Shown here piece by piece: positions 1-10,569 of a stretch of 64,000 nucleotides of DNA. The notes below the pieces were generated by a model that searched no databases, had not been told where the DNA came from, and saw only the letters and a list, made by a program, of their open reading frames with translations. The DNA is from an uncultured bacterium (GTDB lineage: Bacteria; Oederibacteriota; Oederibacteriia; Oederibacteriales; Oederibacteriaceae): assembly GCA_965112635.1 (NCBI GenBank), contig OZ218778.1, forward strand, positions 448,001 through 512,000, given 5' to 3'. Both the position numbers and the translations under genes were made by a program. Each line of letters begins with the position of its first letter. Position 1 is the stretch's first letter.

Positions 1-226
1 TCACGTCTTAGATTCTCCTCATGAACTTGGATCATTCGTTCTTTTATTTTACCCTAATATTTTAGGACTACCCATAATATCTATGTGCCCTTTTTTCAAC
101 TGGTTCCTGGTGTTTCTCCTACCGTTTTTGTCCTCAAAAACCCCACAGTTTTTCTTGATAATCCTTGAGGTTTCACCTCTATCAAATAATAGGGGATATG
201 ACATTGAGGATAAACTGCGGGAAAAC

Positions 227-937
227 CTAATCAAACAGATTGTATCTTAAGATAGTCCAGATAGCCGACACGCCATCTTTCCAGCTTATTTTTTTGCCTT
301 CCGAATAATCCCGGCCGTAGTAGGAGACTGGTACTTCGTACACGCGGCATTTAAGCTTGGCTACTTTAGCGGTTACTTCCGGTTCAATTCCAAACCGATT
401 GGATTTTAAATTCATCTTTTTTAGGACCTCCATCCGGAAGGCTTTATAGCAGGTTTCCATATCTGTCAGATTGAGGTCCGTCAACATATTGGAAAGCAGG
501 GTCAAAAAAGTATTGCCCACAAAATGCCAGAAAAATAAAACCCGACGCGGAGCCCCGTCAAAACGGGAACCGTAAACAACATCAGCTTTATTTTCAAGGA
601 TTGGGGCCAGCAATTTACCGTAATCCTTTGGATCGTACTCCAGGTCGGCGTCCTGAATGACGGCGTAGTCTCCGGTGGCTGCTTCCATGGCCCTGCGTAT
701 GGCCGAACCTTTCCCTTGGTTCTTCTCTTGGTAGTAGACCTTCAAAAATTTCGATCCGCGATATTTTATTTCCATAGCCTGCAGTATTTTTTTGGTACGG
801 TCCGTCGAATCGTCATCCACGATGATGAGCTCCTTGGTCAATGAGCCCGGAAGCTTGGCCTTCCTGACTTTTAGGACAATCTCTTCAAGGGTCCTTTCTT
901 CGTTATAAACCGGCATTAACACGGAAAGTTTTTTCAT
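227..937 (-). CDS. GT2 glycosyltransferase, DPM1-like (polyprenol-phosphate sugar synthase)
   Basis: LSVLMPVYNE, IIVDDDSTD, NQGKGSA, QDADLEYDP, VYGSRF and DMETCYK motifs. Confidence 0.9.
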   Translation of the reverse strand: MKKLSVLMPVYNEERTLEEIVLKVRKAKLPGSLTKELIIVDDDSTDRTKKILQAMEIKYRGSKFLKVYYQEKNQGKGSAIRRAMEAATGDYAVIQDADLEYDPKDYGKLLAPILENKADVVYGSRFDGAPRRVLFFWHFVGNTFLTLLSNMLTDLNLTDMETCYKAFRMEVLKKMNLKSNRFGIEPEVTAKVAKLKCRVYEVPVSYYGRDYSEGKKISWKDGVSAIWTILRYNLFD

Positions 938-983
938 CTTTGTCCTTTTTGGCGGATCCTTCTCCCTAGAACCGCCTGCTTTT

Positions 984-1994
984 TTATCTTGAGGGATTCA
1001 AGATCCGCTTGAACCGATTGGCTAAAAGACGTCGGTCCAAGACAGGGGTCAAGATAGATCTCAAATATCTGATGGAAACAACTCTTTTCTGTTGGATACC
1101 CTTCCTTTTTGCCAGTATCAAAGGGAAGTTCCTCAGAAAATCAAGCTTCCCTTTCAAATAGGCGCGCCACTGCCCGCGGATAACGCAAAAATAAAATAAC
1201 CCACCGATCTCTTGGACGACCTTATGGTGCAGATAACGGACCATCAGAGGAAAAGGCATGTTCTTCAGTCCGACATACTCATCGTTCCTGGCTAAAAAAT
1301 AAATGCCTCTGTCAAAGGTCTTGGAAAGGGTCGCGTTGACCCTGTGGCGCACCCAGGCCTGGGATACATAAAGGCATTTCCATCCCATAAGCTGGGCCCG
1401 AAAATTAAGGTCCGTATCTTCACAGTTCAAGTAAAAATCTTCATCAAAAAAACCTATCTCATCGATCATCTTTCTGCGGTATAGGGCCGCCCCGGCACAG
1501 GCGCCAAAAACAAACTTCTTTTCCATAAAACCCAGGGCGGGCTCACGGTTCCCCATTTTGATACCATGGCCGGAGGTAAGGCATCCGTCGCCCCCGCTGT
1601 CTATGATGTCGGGCCGGTCGTAAAAGACCATCCTCGACGCGCATAGTCCTATCCGGTCGTCCTCTGCCATACCCTGGACCAGCGCCGCGAGCCATTTGCT
1701 GTCAGGGCAGGCATCGTTGTTGAGCAGAGCGACCAGTTCCCCTGTAGCGGACTTTAACCCCTCGACGTTCCCGCCGGCAAATCCTTTATTCTCGGACAAG
1801 GCCACACTCTTGACGGCCGGATAATGGCTTTTGAGGAAGAAAACGGAATCATCTTTGGAACCGTTATCGACGACGACGATCTCGACCGCCGGATAAGTCT
1901 GGGCCAACAGCGCGTCCATGCACTCCTGCAGCATGGACCGCCCGTTCCAGTTGACAACGATGACCGATACGAGCTTCAGGGACATTGGCTTCAC
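984..1994 (-). CDS. GT2 glycosyltransferase (rhamnosyltransferase/WbbL-like)
   Basis: VSVIVVNWNG, VVDNGSKD, NKGFAGGN, LLNND, FDEDFYLNCEDTDL. Confidence 0.88.
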   Translation of the reverse strand: MKPMSLKLVSVIVVNWNGRSMLQECMDALLAQTYPAVEIVVVDNGSKDDSVFFLKSHYPAVKSVALSENKGFAGGNVEGLKSATGELVALLNNDACPDSKWLAALVQGMAEDDRIGLCASRMVFYDRPDIIDSGGDGCLTSGHGIKMGNREPALGFMEKKFVFGACAGAALYRRKMIDEIGFFDEDFYLNCEDTDLNFRAQLMGWKCLYVSQAWVRHRVNATLSKTFDRGIYFLARNDEYVGLKNMPFPLMVRYLHHKVVQEIGGLFYFCVIRGQWRAYLKGKLDFLRNFPLILAKRKGIQQKRVVSIRYLRSILTPVLDRRLLANRFKRILNPSR

Positions 1995-2048
1995 CGACCT
2001 GCCCTTCCCAAGACTGGATAACCGCCAAGCGTCTGTTCCAAGGGCGGC

Positions 2049-3695
2049 CTAGTTTTCCGCTCCGCCCTCATATAATCCGCAGAACCTGAATCTAAGGATC
2101 GCCCACAACCAGGTCAAAGGGTCCCAGAGCATCTTAACTTTTTTCCCCTCTCTAAAGGACCTCGATCTGTAGTTGACCGGAATCTCCAACGGCTGGTATC
2201 CTTTGCGCAAAAGCTTGATCATGAGCTCGAAATCAAAATCAAAGCGGTTAGCCTTGAAAGTCAAACCATATATGCAGTCTTTCCGAAATACCTTGAACAT
2301 GGTGAAGGGGTCTTTTAACTTTGAACCGCAAAAAATGTTCAACAAAAACGTAAAAATAAGGTGACCCAGATTCAAAGAAAACGCCTTGGCTGGCTCATGC
2401 GTAAATTCCCTTATTTTCCAGCTTTTGGAGTGGCGGGACCCCAGGACAAAAGACTGCTGATGCCGTAAAATAGGTTCTAACAATTGTTCGTAATCATTCA
2501 GGTCATATTCTAGGTCCCCGTCTTGGATAATCACGATGCCCCCCGAAGCCTGGGCAAGTCCTGTCCTGACCGCGTGGCCCTTCCCTTTGGGTGACTCCTC
2601 CAGAACAACCTTAACGCCCTGCCTGTTCTTATATTTCAGCACCGCTTCCCGTGTTCCATCGGTCGAACCGCTTTCCACGACAATAATCTCTCTTTTAATC
2701 CCGGAGATTTTCTTTTTGAGTAATAATTCCATCAAGTTTTCAAAAGTCTTTATTTCATTAAAAACCGGAATAATGACGGACAGCTTCTCCTCTTCTTTGG
2801 TTTCGACGCTTCGGCATAATACGTTTATCCCGCTGGCGACTGTTTTAACTTTCAACGTTTTCAAAAACCTAGGGGAAATACGGGTCAATAAAGCCAGTAA
2901 ACTCGAAAAAAACGGGACTTTAAAACGGGAAAAATGGTGGTTGATATAATCCAGGGTTAAATACTTATAGGTTGGTGTTATTTGGATATTCTCAAACCCG
3001 CTTTTGATAAGAAGATTTCTGCTTGTTTGTTTATTAAAATAAAACAAGTGTTCTGCTTTAAATTCCAGCCAATTTTGTTTCAATAGTCTGGCCGACCAAT
3101 TGTCCAGACTGGGAGTGGAAAAAAACAGAACACCATCAGGCTTTAAGGATTTTTTTACGTTCTTTAGCAGGGCAATGGGGTCGCGCGAGTGTTCGATAAC
3201 ATCGAACATTACGCAAACATCAAAGTATTTATCCGGAAATTTAATCTTTTCAAAACTACCGCACTGGACGCGCCTGCCGCCAAGTTTTTGATTTGAAATT
3301 TGGCAGGCATGGGGTGATATATCGTTGCCCGTAACTGTAAACCCGTACTCTTTGGCTGCGGCAAGAAAATGCCCTTCCCCGCACCCGATCTCCAGTAATC
3401 TACCTTTACTGTGGCCTTTATAGTTGACCAATTGTTGAAGGTATAAATCAACGGTGGCTTTTTTCATTGCCTGAATATTTGCGTTATCTTCTTCCGATTT
3501 ACTGCCCAGAAAATAATCACAAGAGTATATTTCCTTTAAGGCTTGATCGGAAGGTTGGGGGTTAAAAAACATTAGGCCGCAGTCGGAGCATTCGCATACA
3601 GGATAACCTTTAGAAACAAATTCATAAATAAGTCTATCCCCATTGCAAATGGGACAAAAATGCCTAAAAAAGCGACTTAAATTTTTTCTGGCCAT
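2049..3695 (-). CDS. Fusion of a class I SAM methyltransferase and a DPM1-like GT2
   Basis: N-terminal CPIC..CSDC Zn motif, LLEIGCGEG, DVIEH; C-terminal LSVIIPVFNE, GKGHAV, QDGDLEYD. Confidence 0.85.
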   Translation of the reverse strand: MARKNLSRFFRHFCPICNGDRLIYEFVSKGYPVCECSDCGLMFFNPQPSDQALKEIYSCDYFLGSKSEEDNANIQAMKKATVDLYLQQLVNYKGHSKGRLLEIGCGEGHFLAAAKEYGFTVTGNDISPHACQISNQKLGGRRVQCGSFEKIKFPDKYFDVCVMFDVIEHSRDPIALLKNVKKSLKPDGVLFFSTPSLDNWSARLLKQNWLEFKAEHLFYFNKQTSRNLLIKSGFENIQITPTYKYLTLDYINHHFSRFKVPFFSSLLALLTRISPRFLKTLKVKTVASGINVLCRSVETKEEEKLSVIIPVFNEIKTFENLMELLLKKKISGIKREIIVVESGSTDGTREAVLKYKNRQGVKVVLEESPKGKGHAVRTGLAQASGGIVIIQDGDLEYDLNDYEQLLEPILRHQQSFVLGSRHSKSWKIREFTHEPAKAFSLNLGHLIFTFLLNIFCGSKLKDPFTMFKVFRKDCIYGLTFKANRFDFDFELMIKLLRKGYQPLEIPVNYRSRSFREGKKVKMLWDPLTWLWAILRFRFCGLYEGGAEN

Positions 3696-3925
3696 AATGT
3701 CGAGGGTTACTCCTTTTATGAATTAAGAAAGCATCACTGACTCGGCATGAAATGCTTTTATCTCTTTAATTGACCAAGCTTAATCCCAGAACAGCATTAT
3801 ACATTAATCAAATGTATCATAACTTACCCTTAAACTTGTTCGAAGTACGGCTTGGCTTTGACATTAACCATAAAATAAAATTTATCTATTTAATCTCCAC
3901 TGATTCTTTTTTTAAATTGCTTAAT

Positions 3926-4801
3926 TTAAAAAGGTGATTGTTTCTGAGCTATAACTAAAAATTCACCGATTTTGAAAGCAATGGGACATTGAAAAATAAC
4001 GGGTAGGCGTTTTCCTATATTTAAGCCTATCTTGACAGACTTTGGAAAGTAAATAATCAATTGTTTGAGCAGAAAATCTAGGCTCATCACTTTGACGGCG
4101 TCCTGGACAGCTAAAGTTCTAAGGCCGGCCTGGACTAGCAAAGTATTGAAATAGCGGCGTGAAAAAAGATGGGTGTGTTGGTAAGGTTCTAACATGGGCC
4201 AGCGTCGTCCCATCAAGACCCTTAACCAAGAATCCGTATTCGGGGTGGCCACCATTAGGAACCCGCCCGGCTTGATCAGGCTGGCCCATTGCTTGAGGCT
4301 CTCCAGGGGTTGGCGTGTATGCTCTAGGATATCGAATGCGGTCACCACATCATACTGACCGATATTCATCTGATTGATATCCCCCACCCGAATCCTTTCT
4401 TTGATCCCTGGTGCCGCGGCCCCAACAGCCTCTTCTGAGAGTTCCACTCCCCAGGCATCAAAACCGTCTTTGAGAGCGACCTCTACCATGTACCCGCTTG
4501 AGCATCCTAGATCGAGTAACTTGCCCTTGGAAGCGAAACGATCGAGCAATTTCAAGCGCCTTTCAAAGGTCTTGATCTTGAGGTCACGTCCCTTGAGGTT
4601 CTCCTTGTACAATCCTTCCCGGTAGTGTTCTTCCACGTATTTTTTCATGGCCTCAGGTGTGGGTAAAGGGTCCAGGAACACGGTCCGGCAGTTTGGACAG
4701 CGCCAGTAGGTCCCCTCTGAGAATTTATGGTACAGGGAGGACGGAGTGGCGCAAAGATGACAGGTCACTTTCGTTTCCATATTTTCCCCTATCCTTTCCA
4801 T
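3926..4801 (-). CDS. Class I SAM-dependent methyltransferase
   Basis: CHLC..CPNC, LLDLGCSSG, FDILEH, LIKPGG. Confidence 0.85.
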   Translation of the reverse strand: MERIGENMETKVTCHLCATPSSLYHKFSEGTYWRCPNCRTVFLDPLPTPEAMKKYVEEHYREGLYKENLKGRDLKIKTFERRLKLLDRFASKGKLLDLGCSSGYMVEVALKDGFDAWGVELSEEAVGAAAPGIKERIRVGDINQMNIGQYDVVTAFDILEHTRQPLESLKQWASLIKPGGFLMVATPNTDSWLRVLMGRRWPMLEPYQHTHLFSRRYFNTLLVQAGLRTLAVQDAVKVMSLDFLLKQLIIYFPKSVKIGLNIGKRLPVIFQCPIAFKIGEFLVIAQKQSPF

Positions 4802-4968
4802 TCAAGGGATGACCGGGAACGCAGCGCGTAAGGGTCGTCAAATATATTAGTTCGCGACTATAAAATAACTTCCCTGCATCCTATCTCAAACAATTTCCTG
4901 GAGTATTTTCCCCTGTACCTGCCAGCTCCTGGAAATGCAAATCGCTTGCACCCTTCTTCATCTTGGGG

Positions 4969-7884
4969 TTAATTTTTCAATACTGTCATTATTACAATCC
5001 CCAAAAAAGCAATACAAGTTATTATCAAACCGAGCATGAACAAAAATGGCTTGTAGACAAATTCAACGATGTGCCTGCCTGGATCCAAAAAGACCCCGCG
5101 GAATAAATAGTTGACACCCAAAAGGCTTGAGGCTTTGCCGTCCACATAGACCTTCCATCCAGGATAGTTCGAATCCGTTAGCATCAAGATCCCCGGTTTC
5201 TTGGTTTCCGCTTCAATTTTGACCCTTTGCGAGCTATAGGACAAAATACTGGCTGGGACAGCTTTACTAGCCAGACCTCTGCTCAAAGTCTTTAGTTGTT
5301 CCACTTTATCTGCTTGTTCCTTTGATAAGACCACGTATCTCCAGGGGTCAAAACGGCCGTCTTTTAACCGGGAAAGCACTTCCCTTTCACTGCCAACAAC
5401 TTCTATAGAATTAAAGATAGCGGCCCTTGGCAAGGGGTCTGAAATTTCGTAGATCTTAACCTCATTGTCGTAGATCTTCTTAAAAAAAGGATCTTGTTTC
5501 CGCCTTTGGTGCTGAACCCCTTGGTCATCGACAAAACTCAGCTTTCCCCATCCTGCCCGAGATGCCGAGATCAAATTACTGACACCAGGGCCCGTTGAAA
5601 ACAGCAGATCGATTCTTTTTCCAGAGAACCTTCGCAGATCTAAATTTAGTTCCTGCCATCCTCTGTCCTGGGAGTTGTTCTTAGGATCAAGGATCCTTTC
5701 AAATACTTTCTCGATGTTTTTCCCGTCCCTGACCTCCAAAATAAACCTGGCCCCGCTGGTCACCGAGTAAACATTGGGCTCAAGGATAATACCCAAATGG
5801 AGAAAAGGGGTTCGCCGATCAATAACGGTTGTATACGGAAGTCTTGAACTGGGCGGATATTGGCACAGGACCGTTTCAAAACCTCCGTTCACTTTGATGG
5901 TTTTTTTCGTAAACCCGCTCTCATCAGCGCGGTCCTGTCCAGCCAGGATCGCTTCAGAAACATCACCCCTGGAGCCATAAGACGAGATGCTCAACAAATA
6001 TTTGATAGAGGACAACTCAAGGAATCTCTTTTCTAGAGGGGTCTTAAACGAGTAATCGTACATTTTATCGTAGCCGGTGAACCTGTCGGCTAGGTCCTCA
6101 TGGACCCTCGCCTCATCACCAGGAGCAAGAAGAAAATTCCTGATAAATTCCCTGTAAGGCCGGTACATCATCGCGGTCAAAGAGCGGACGTCATACAAAC
6201 CGAATGTCCCTGCCCAATTGGGAAACAGGACCCCTTCCCGCCCGAACACCCTTGAACCATCGCTCGTTTTGGTCTCTAAAAAATCAACATAGGAGGCTCC
6301 CTGGTAGGGGCTGTATCGGGCAGGAGGGATTTTGTTGACGGAATACAGGCAAGGAAAAATATAATTCAGGAACAGTTCAGCGCAAAGAAAGACCAGCAGC
6401 AGCAGCGGCGCCCAGGAATGTTTTTCCTTTCTGAATAGAAACAAGAACAGGGTGACCGCCGCCAAACTAACCGCCGTGACAAGGACACTACCATAAAAGA
6501 CCAATGACCAGGCGGGTAAAACATGTATCTGGGGGAGCCAAGACAGGGCCAGTCCCATAAGCACCGCCAGGCAAATCACTCCAGTAGTCACGCCAAGCCA
6601 TCGCTCCTCCCGGTGCTCCATCCAGGCGAACAAACCCGTTCCCGCCAGAAAAGCCATGGAAAAACCCATCAAAGGTTCTTGGTATTTCGTAAAAGTGACC
6701 ATATTGGCGACCGGGACCCCTCCGATCCAATTCACCAGGGGAGAACCGAATCGTTTCATGAGCATCAAAATGATACTAAGACCGAAGAAGCAAACGATGA
6801 TCCGCAGGGGGTTACGGGTTCTTTCCCAAAAACTCATGGAGGCCAAAACCGCCATAAGAGCGAATAAAAAAACCACGCCCCCCCAATAAGCCACGAGCCC
6901 GGTAAAACCCGTTAAGCCCGTGAGGATGCAGTTATAGATTGGGCCGAATGCCAGAGGGACCAGATAGGTAAGGGTCATGCGGAGGTCTCCCTCATGGAGC
7001 AAGCCCACGATATCTCTAACATTCCCCGGTTGGTGAGTATCTGAGGAGAGGCGCATGAACTCAACGAACGGCAGGAGCAGAAAAGCGGCCAGGCAAAAAC
7101 CCATCGCGTAGGCCGCAACGATCTCCATGATGGGGACAGACCAATTAGCCCGCAGTTCGCTATCCGTCAGGATGCGAAACAGAGCATATAGACATCCATA
7201 AACCAGGATCAGGAATGTACTTTCCGGCATACCGGCCACGATAACCTGCCATATCATAAGGGATGCCAGCACGATGTTTTTCTTGCCTTTATTCCTAAGG
7301 AGCAGTTCAAAAGCCCAGAACACGGAAGGCAGTAAAACTTCCACGCTCAGATGATCCACCGGGAGGAAAACGATAAAATACCCGGAGAACATGAAAGCAA
7401 TGGACGAGAATAGAGAGGGCAGGAACGGGAGGAACAACTTTGCGAAAAGGAACATGAAAACACCCGCGGTCAAAAACCGGAATATAAGGAAAAGATCCCT
7501 GGACGCTATATTAGGGAAAGGAAAGAACAACAGGTTGGACGGATTGAATGCGGCCGCCTGCATACCTGCTGCCAGGGGCATGCCGTAAGCTTCATAGGGG
7601 TCCCACAAAGGGAGATTTTTCTCCTGGAAATATTGGTGGGAAATGATCTTGAACAAGGGGTCTGCGTGCCAGGCGGAGGCACCAGGATCGGCTGTCCACA
7701 GGAATCTTTTGGGGGGAATATTTTCTCCGTAGGCTCCGGTTGGCAGGATGCTGGGAACGTCCCGGACACTGGTCAACAGGGTCTTTCCACACCAAATAAC
7801 GGGAAAAAAGAAAATATTAAGGACCACAATTAAAATAAATAATGCTTTCAGAGCATCGTTCCGTAACAGTTTCAACGCCCTCAT
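4969..7884 (-). CDS. YfhO-family polytopic membrane protein (GT-C-like)
   Basis: Many TM segments, PLWDPY..GMP near the N-terminus, C-terminal DSNYPGWKVYVDG..FRGV..G.H.VEF.YKP; start chosen at the ATG overlapping the upstream stop (ATGA). Confidence 0.8.
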   Translation of the reverse strand: MRALKLLRNDALKALFILIVVLNIFFFPVIWCGKTLLTSVRDVPSILPTGAYGENIPPKRFLWTADPGASAWHADPLFKIISHQYFQEKNLPLWDPYEAYGMPLAAGMQAAAFNPSNLLFFPFPNIASRDLFLIFRFLTAGVFMFLFAKLFLPFLPSLFSSIAFMFSGYFIVFLPVDHLSVEVLLPSVFWAFELLLRNKGKKNIVLASLMIWQVIVAGMPESTFLILVYGCLYALFRILTDSELRANWSVPIMEIVAAYAMGFCLAAFLLLPFVEFMRLSSDTHQPGNVRDIVGLLHEGDLRMTLTYLVPLAFGPIYNCILTGLTGFTGLVAYWGGVVFLFALMAVLASMSFWERTRNPLRIIVCFFGLSIILMLMKRFGSPLVNWIGGVPVANMVTFTKYQEPLMGFSMAFLAGTGLFAWMEHREERWLGVTTGVICLAVLMGLALSWLPQIHVLPAWSLVFYGSVLVTAVSLAAVTLFLFLFRKEKHSWAPLLLLVFLCAELFLNYIFPCLYSVNKIPPARYSPYQGASYVDFLETKTSDGSRVFGREGVLFPNWAGTFGLYDVRSLTAMMYRPYREFIRNFLLAPGDEARVHEDLADRFTGYDKMYDYSFKTPLEKRFLELSSIKYLLSISSYGSRGDVSEAILAGQDRADESGFTKKTIKVNGGFETVLCQYPPSSRLPYTTVIDRRTPFLHLGIILEPNVYSVTSGARFILEVRDGKNIEKVFERILDPKNNSQDRGWQELNLDLRRFSGKRIDLLFSTGPGVSNLISASRAGWGKLSFVDDQGVQHQRRKQDPFFKKIYDNEVKIYEISDPLPRAAIFNSIEVVGSEREVLSRLKDGRFDPWRYVVLSKEQADKVEQLKTLSRGLASKAVPASILSYSSQRVKIEAETKKPGILMLTDSNYPGWKVYVDGKASSLLGVNYLFRGVFLDPGRHIVEFVYKPFLFMLGLIITCIAFLGIVIMTVLKN

Positions 7885-8810
7885 CCTCCAGCTTTCGGTA
7901 GTCCGCCATGCTCTTTCCACCACTCAATGGCTTGGTCCAACCCCTGCTCCAGATCGTACTTGGGGTGGAAACCGACCTCATCTTTTAACCGCCCAACATC
8001 TGCCGTGAGCTGAAAGGGTTCATTTTCAGGAAAAGGGACCGCACCAAAGTCGACCAAGCCCATTCTGCCTAACTTCAAGGCGATCGTTTCAACGACCTGT
8101 CGGACGGGTTGGGCTTGGCCCGAAGCAATATTGACCGGACCTTCCACCCCAGAATCCAAAAGGGCCACAAAAGAGTTCGCGACATCTTCCACGTGCATGA
8201 AATCCCTTTGCTGGCGGCCATGGGTGCATCGGGCGCGTTCTCCTTTTAATAACGCAAGGATTACTGAGGGGACTAACCGGGCAGGGTTTTCATAGGGACC
8301 GTAGAGAAGGAAGATCCTTCCCCAGGCCCCGCTTAGTCCGTTCTGCTGGCAGGTGGCTGTAAAGGTCTGCTGCAGCAAATGCTTGCTTTTTCCATACAAA
8401 GTACCGGGATTCAAGGGTGTTCGCCCCTCTAGGCACGTCCCATAGCTCCAATCGTATTCAGCACAGGTGCCGGCGAACACCAAACGTTTCCCGCCGTTCC
8501 TAGAAAAGTTCTTGAGAAGCTCTTGGCTGGCCTGCACCCAACGGTGGTTTTCCGGGGAGGCCCAGAACTTACCATGTACGGCATACCAGGCGAAATGAAG
8601 GAGAAAGGAAGGTTTGACCTCTGCAAAAAGCTCTGCCTGCGCCCTGGGGTCCAAAAGGTCGCATTCATGCCTTTGGACTTTTTGAGGAAGCCAAGCCATT
8701 TCACGGGTCCGGATATCGGCCAGATGTACCTCGTATCCGCGTCTCAGGAGTTCAGGAAGAGCCTGGCGACCGATGAATCCGCCGCCTCCGGTCAGGATGA
8801 TCTTTTTCAT
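7881..8810 (-). CDS. NAD-dependent epimerase/4-ketoreductase
   Basis: IILTGGGGFIG and YGKSK (YxxxK). Confidence 0.85.
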   Translation of the reverse strand: MKKIILTGGGGFIGRQALPELLRRGYEVHLADIRTREMAWLPQKVQRHECDLLDPRAQAELFAEVKPSFLLHFAWYAVHGKFWASPENHRWVQASQELLKNFSRNGGKRLVFAGTCAEYDWSYGTCLEGRTPLNPGTLYGKSKHLLQQTFTATCQQNGLSGAWGRIFLLYGPYENPARLVPSVILALLKGERARCTHGRQQRDFMHVEDVANSFVALLDSGVEGPVNIASGQAQPVRQVVETIALKLGRMGLVDFGAVPFPENEPFQLTADVGRLKDEVGFHPKYDLEQGLDQAIEWWKEHGGLPKAGG

Positions 8811-9337
8811 GGTTCAAAATCCGGATAGCTCAAGTCTTTCTCAGAAATGGCGGTGACGGGCAAAGGCCATTTGATCCCAAAGGCCGGATCATCCCAGCGC
8901 ACCCCTTGAGCGGACTCCTTGTGGAAATAACTGGACATCTGGTAAAAGACCTCGGTGCGATCCTGTAGGGTCTGAAAACCGTGCGCCAAACCCTTGGGAA
9001 TATAGAGCATCCTATGATTGTCGGCCGAAAGTTCCACGGCATAGGTTTTTTTGAAGGTTGGGGAATGAGGGCGGAGGTCAACGACCAGATCCAGGATAGC
9101 GCCCCGGGTGCAGCGGACGACCTTGCATTCTTCATGGGGGGCCGCTTGAAAATGCATCCCCCTGACCGTTCCCTTTTTGTGGTTAAAGGAAATGTTGCAC
9201 TGGACCAGCTCCGGCTCCAGGCTGTGATCGACGAACTCTTGATGGCACCAGCTTCTGGCAAAAAACCCCCGTTCGTCGCTCAGGGGATCCAGATCGATGA
9301 CCCAAACGTCTTGGAGGGGAGTTTCCAAAAATTTCAC
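8807..9337 (-). CDS. rfbC: NDP-4-keto-6-deoxyhexose 3,5-epimerase (RmlC-like)
   Basis: DERGFF, GTVRGMHFQ, YIPKGLAHGFQTL, RWDDP. Confidence 0.9.
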   Translation of the reverse strand: MKFLETPLQDVWVIDLDPLSDERGFFARSWCHQEFVDHSLEPELVQCNISFNHKKGTVRGMHFQAAPHEECKVVRCTRGAILDLVVDLRPHSPTFKKTYAVELSADNHRMLYIPKGLAHGFQTLQDRTEVFYQMSSYFHKESAQGVRWDDPAFGIKWPLPVTAISEKDLSYPDFEP

Positions 9338-10569
9338 GGGAGGACCTCGGTCTCAGGGATAGGAACGACGAATTGGCCTCCCCACTCTTTGATATAGGAC
9401 ATTTGTGCCATGACCTCGCTCTTCAAATTCCAGGGGAGGATCAGTAAATAGTCCGGCTTGGTTTTTTTTATCCTATCCGGGGAAAAGATGGGGATATGGG
9501 TTCCCGGCAGGAAATGGTTCTGTTTATAAGGGCTCCTATCTACCACATAGTCGATCAGGTCTGTCCGGACCCCGCAATAGTTCAAAAGGGTATTGCCTTT
9601 GGCCGCCGCCCCATATCCCACCACGACCTTTCCCTTTTCTTTGGTTTTTATCAGGAATTCCAAAAGCTTGCCTTTGGCCCGAACAGCCTTTTGGCCGAAC
9701 GAGGTATAAGTCTCCAGCTGGTCCAGACCGGCTCTGATCTCCTTGTCCTTGAGCGAGGCGACCCTGGGGCTCAGGGCCTGGATGCCGGTATCCTCATGCT
9801 GCCCATAGATCCGCAAAGACCCGCCGTGAGTGGGCAGCTCTTCCACATCGAACAAAATCAGTCCGTGTTTCTTGAATATGGCTTCCACCACCATGAAAGA
9901 GAGGTAGGAAAAATGTTCGTGGTAAATGGTGTCGAACTGGTTCTTCTCCATCAGCTGTAGGAGATGGGGAAATTCCATGGTGATCACCCCGGCGTCTTGC
10001 AGGATCACCTTCATGCCGGCCACAAAATCATTGATGTCCGGCACATGGGCCAGCACATTGTTGCCCAGGAGCAGGTCAGCTTGGACGCCTGAGTCTTTCA
10101 GCTCTTTTGCGGTTTGGACGCCGAAAAACTCGACCAAGGTTGGTATGCCTTTTTCTTCCGCTACCTTGGCAACATTTTTTGCCGGCTCGATGCCGAGAAT
10201 GGGGATGTTTTTCTTTTTGAAATACTGGAGCAGGTAACCGTCGTTACTGGCGATCTCGATCACCTGGCTGTCTTCGCCAAGCGCGAATCTTTCCGTCATC
10301 GCTTGGACATACTGGGCGCAATGGCTTAGCCAGGCGTCGGCATAGGAGGAGAAATAGGCATAATCGCTGAAAATATTCTCAGGGCTTTCAAATTCTTCCA
10401 GCTGAACCAGGAAACATTTATCGCACACATAGGCATGGAGCGGATAAAAAGGCTCCATTTTCTTGAGGTTTTCGGGTTTAACATAAGCATTGGAAAGCGG
10501 GGACATGCCCAGGTCGACAAAGGTCTTTGTTAAAGAAGCCCCGCAAAACCTGCATTTTCCGGTGTTCAT
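9334..10569 (-). CDS. NDP-hexose C3-methyltransferase
   Basis: CRFC..DLGMSPLSNAY, EIASNDGYLL, FDTIYHEHFSY, HGGSLR, YGAAAKGNTLLN. Confidence 0.9.
   Translation of the reverse strand: MNTGKCRFCGASLTKTFVDLGMSPLSNAYVKPENLKKMEPFYPLHAYVCDKCFLVQLEEFESPENIFSDYAYFSSYADAWLSHCAQYVQAMTERFALGEDSQVIEIASNDGYLLQYFKKKNIPILGIEPAKNVAKVAEEKGIPTLVEFFGVQTAKELKDSGVQADLLLGNNVLAHVPDINDFVAGMKVILQDAGVITMEFPHLLQLMEKNQFDTIYHEHFSYLSFMVVEAIFKKHGLILFDVEELPTHGGSLRIYGQHEDTGIQALSPRVASLKDKEIRAGLDQLETYTSFGQKAVRAKGKLLEFLIKTKEKGKVVVGYGAAAKGNTLLNYCGVRTDLIDYVVDRSPYKQNHFLPGTHIPIFSPDRIKKTKPDYLLILPWNLKSEVMAQMSYIKEWGGQFVVPIPETEVLP

Noticed and set aside
49-234. 61-aa ORF at the window start
   Set aside because: No recognisable motif; cannot be supported
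3728-3758. AAAGCAT..ATGCTTT inverted repeat
   Set aside because: The 7-bp arms lie in AT-rich DNA and are compatible with chance
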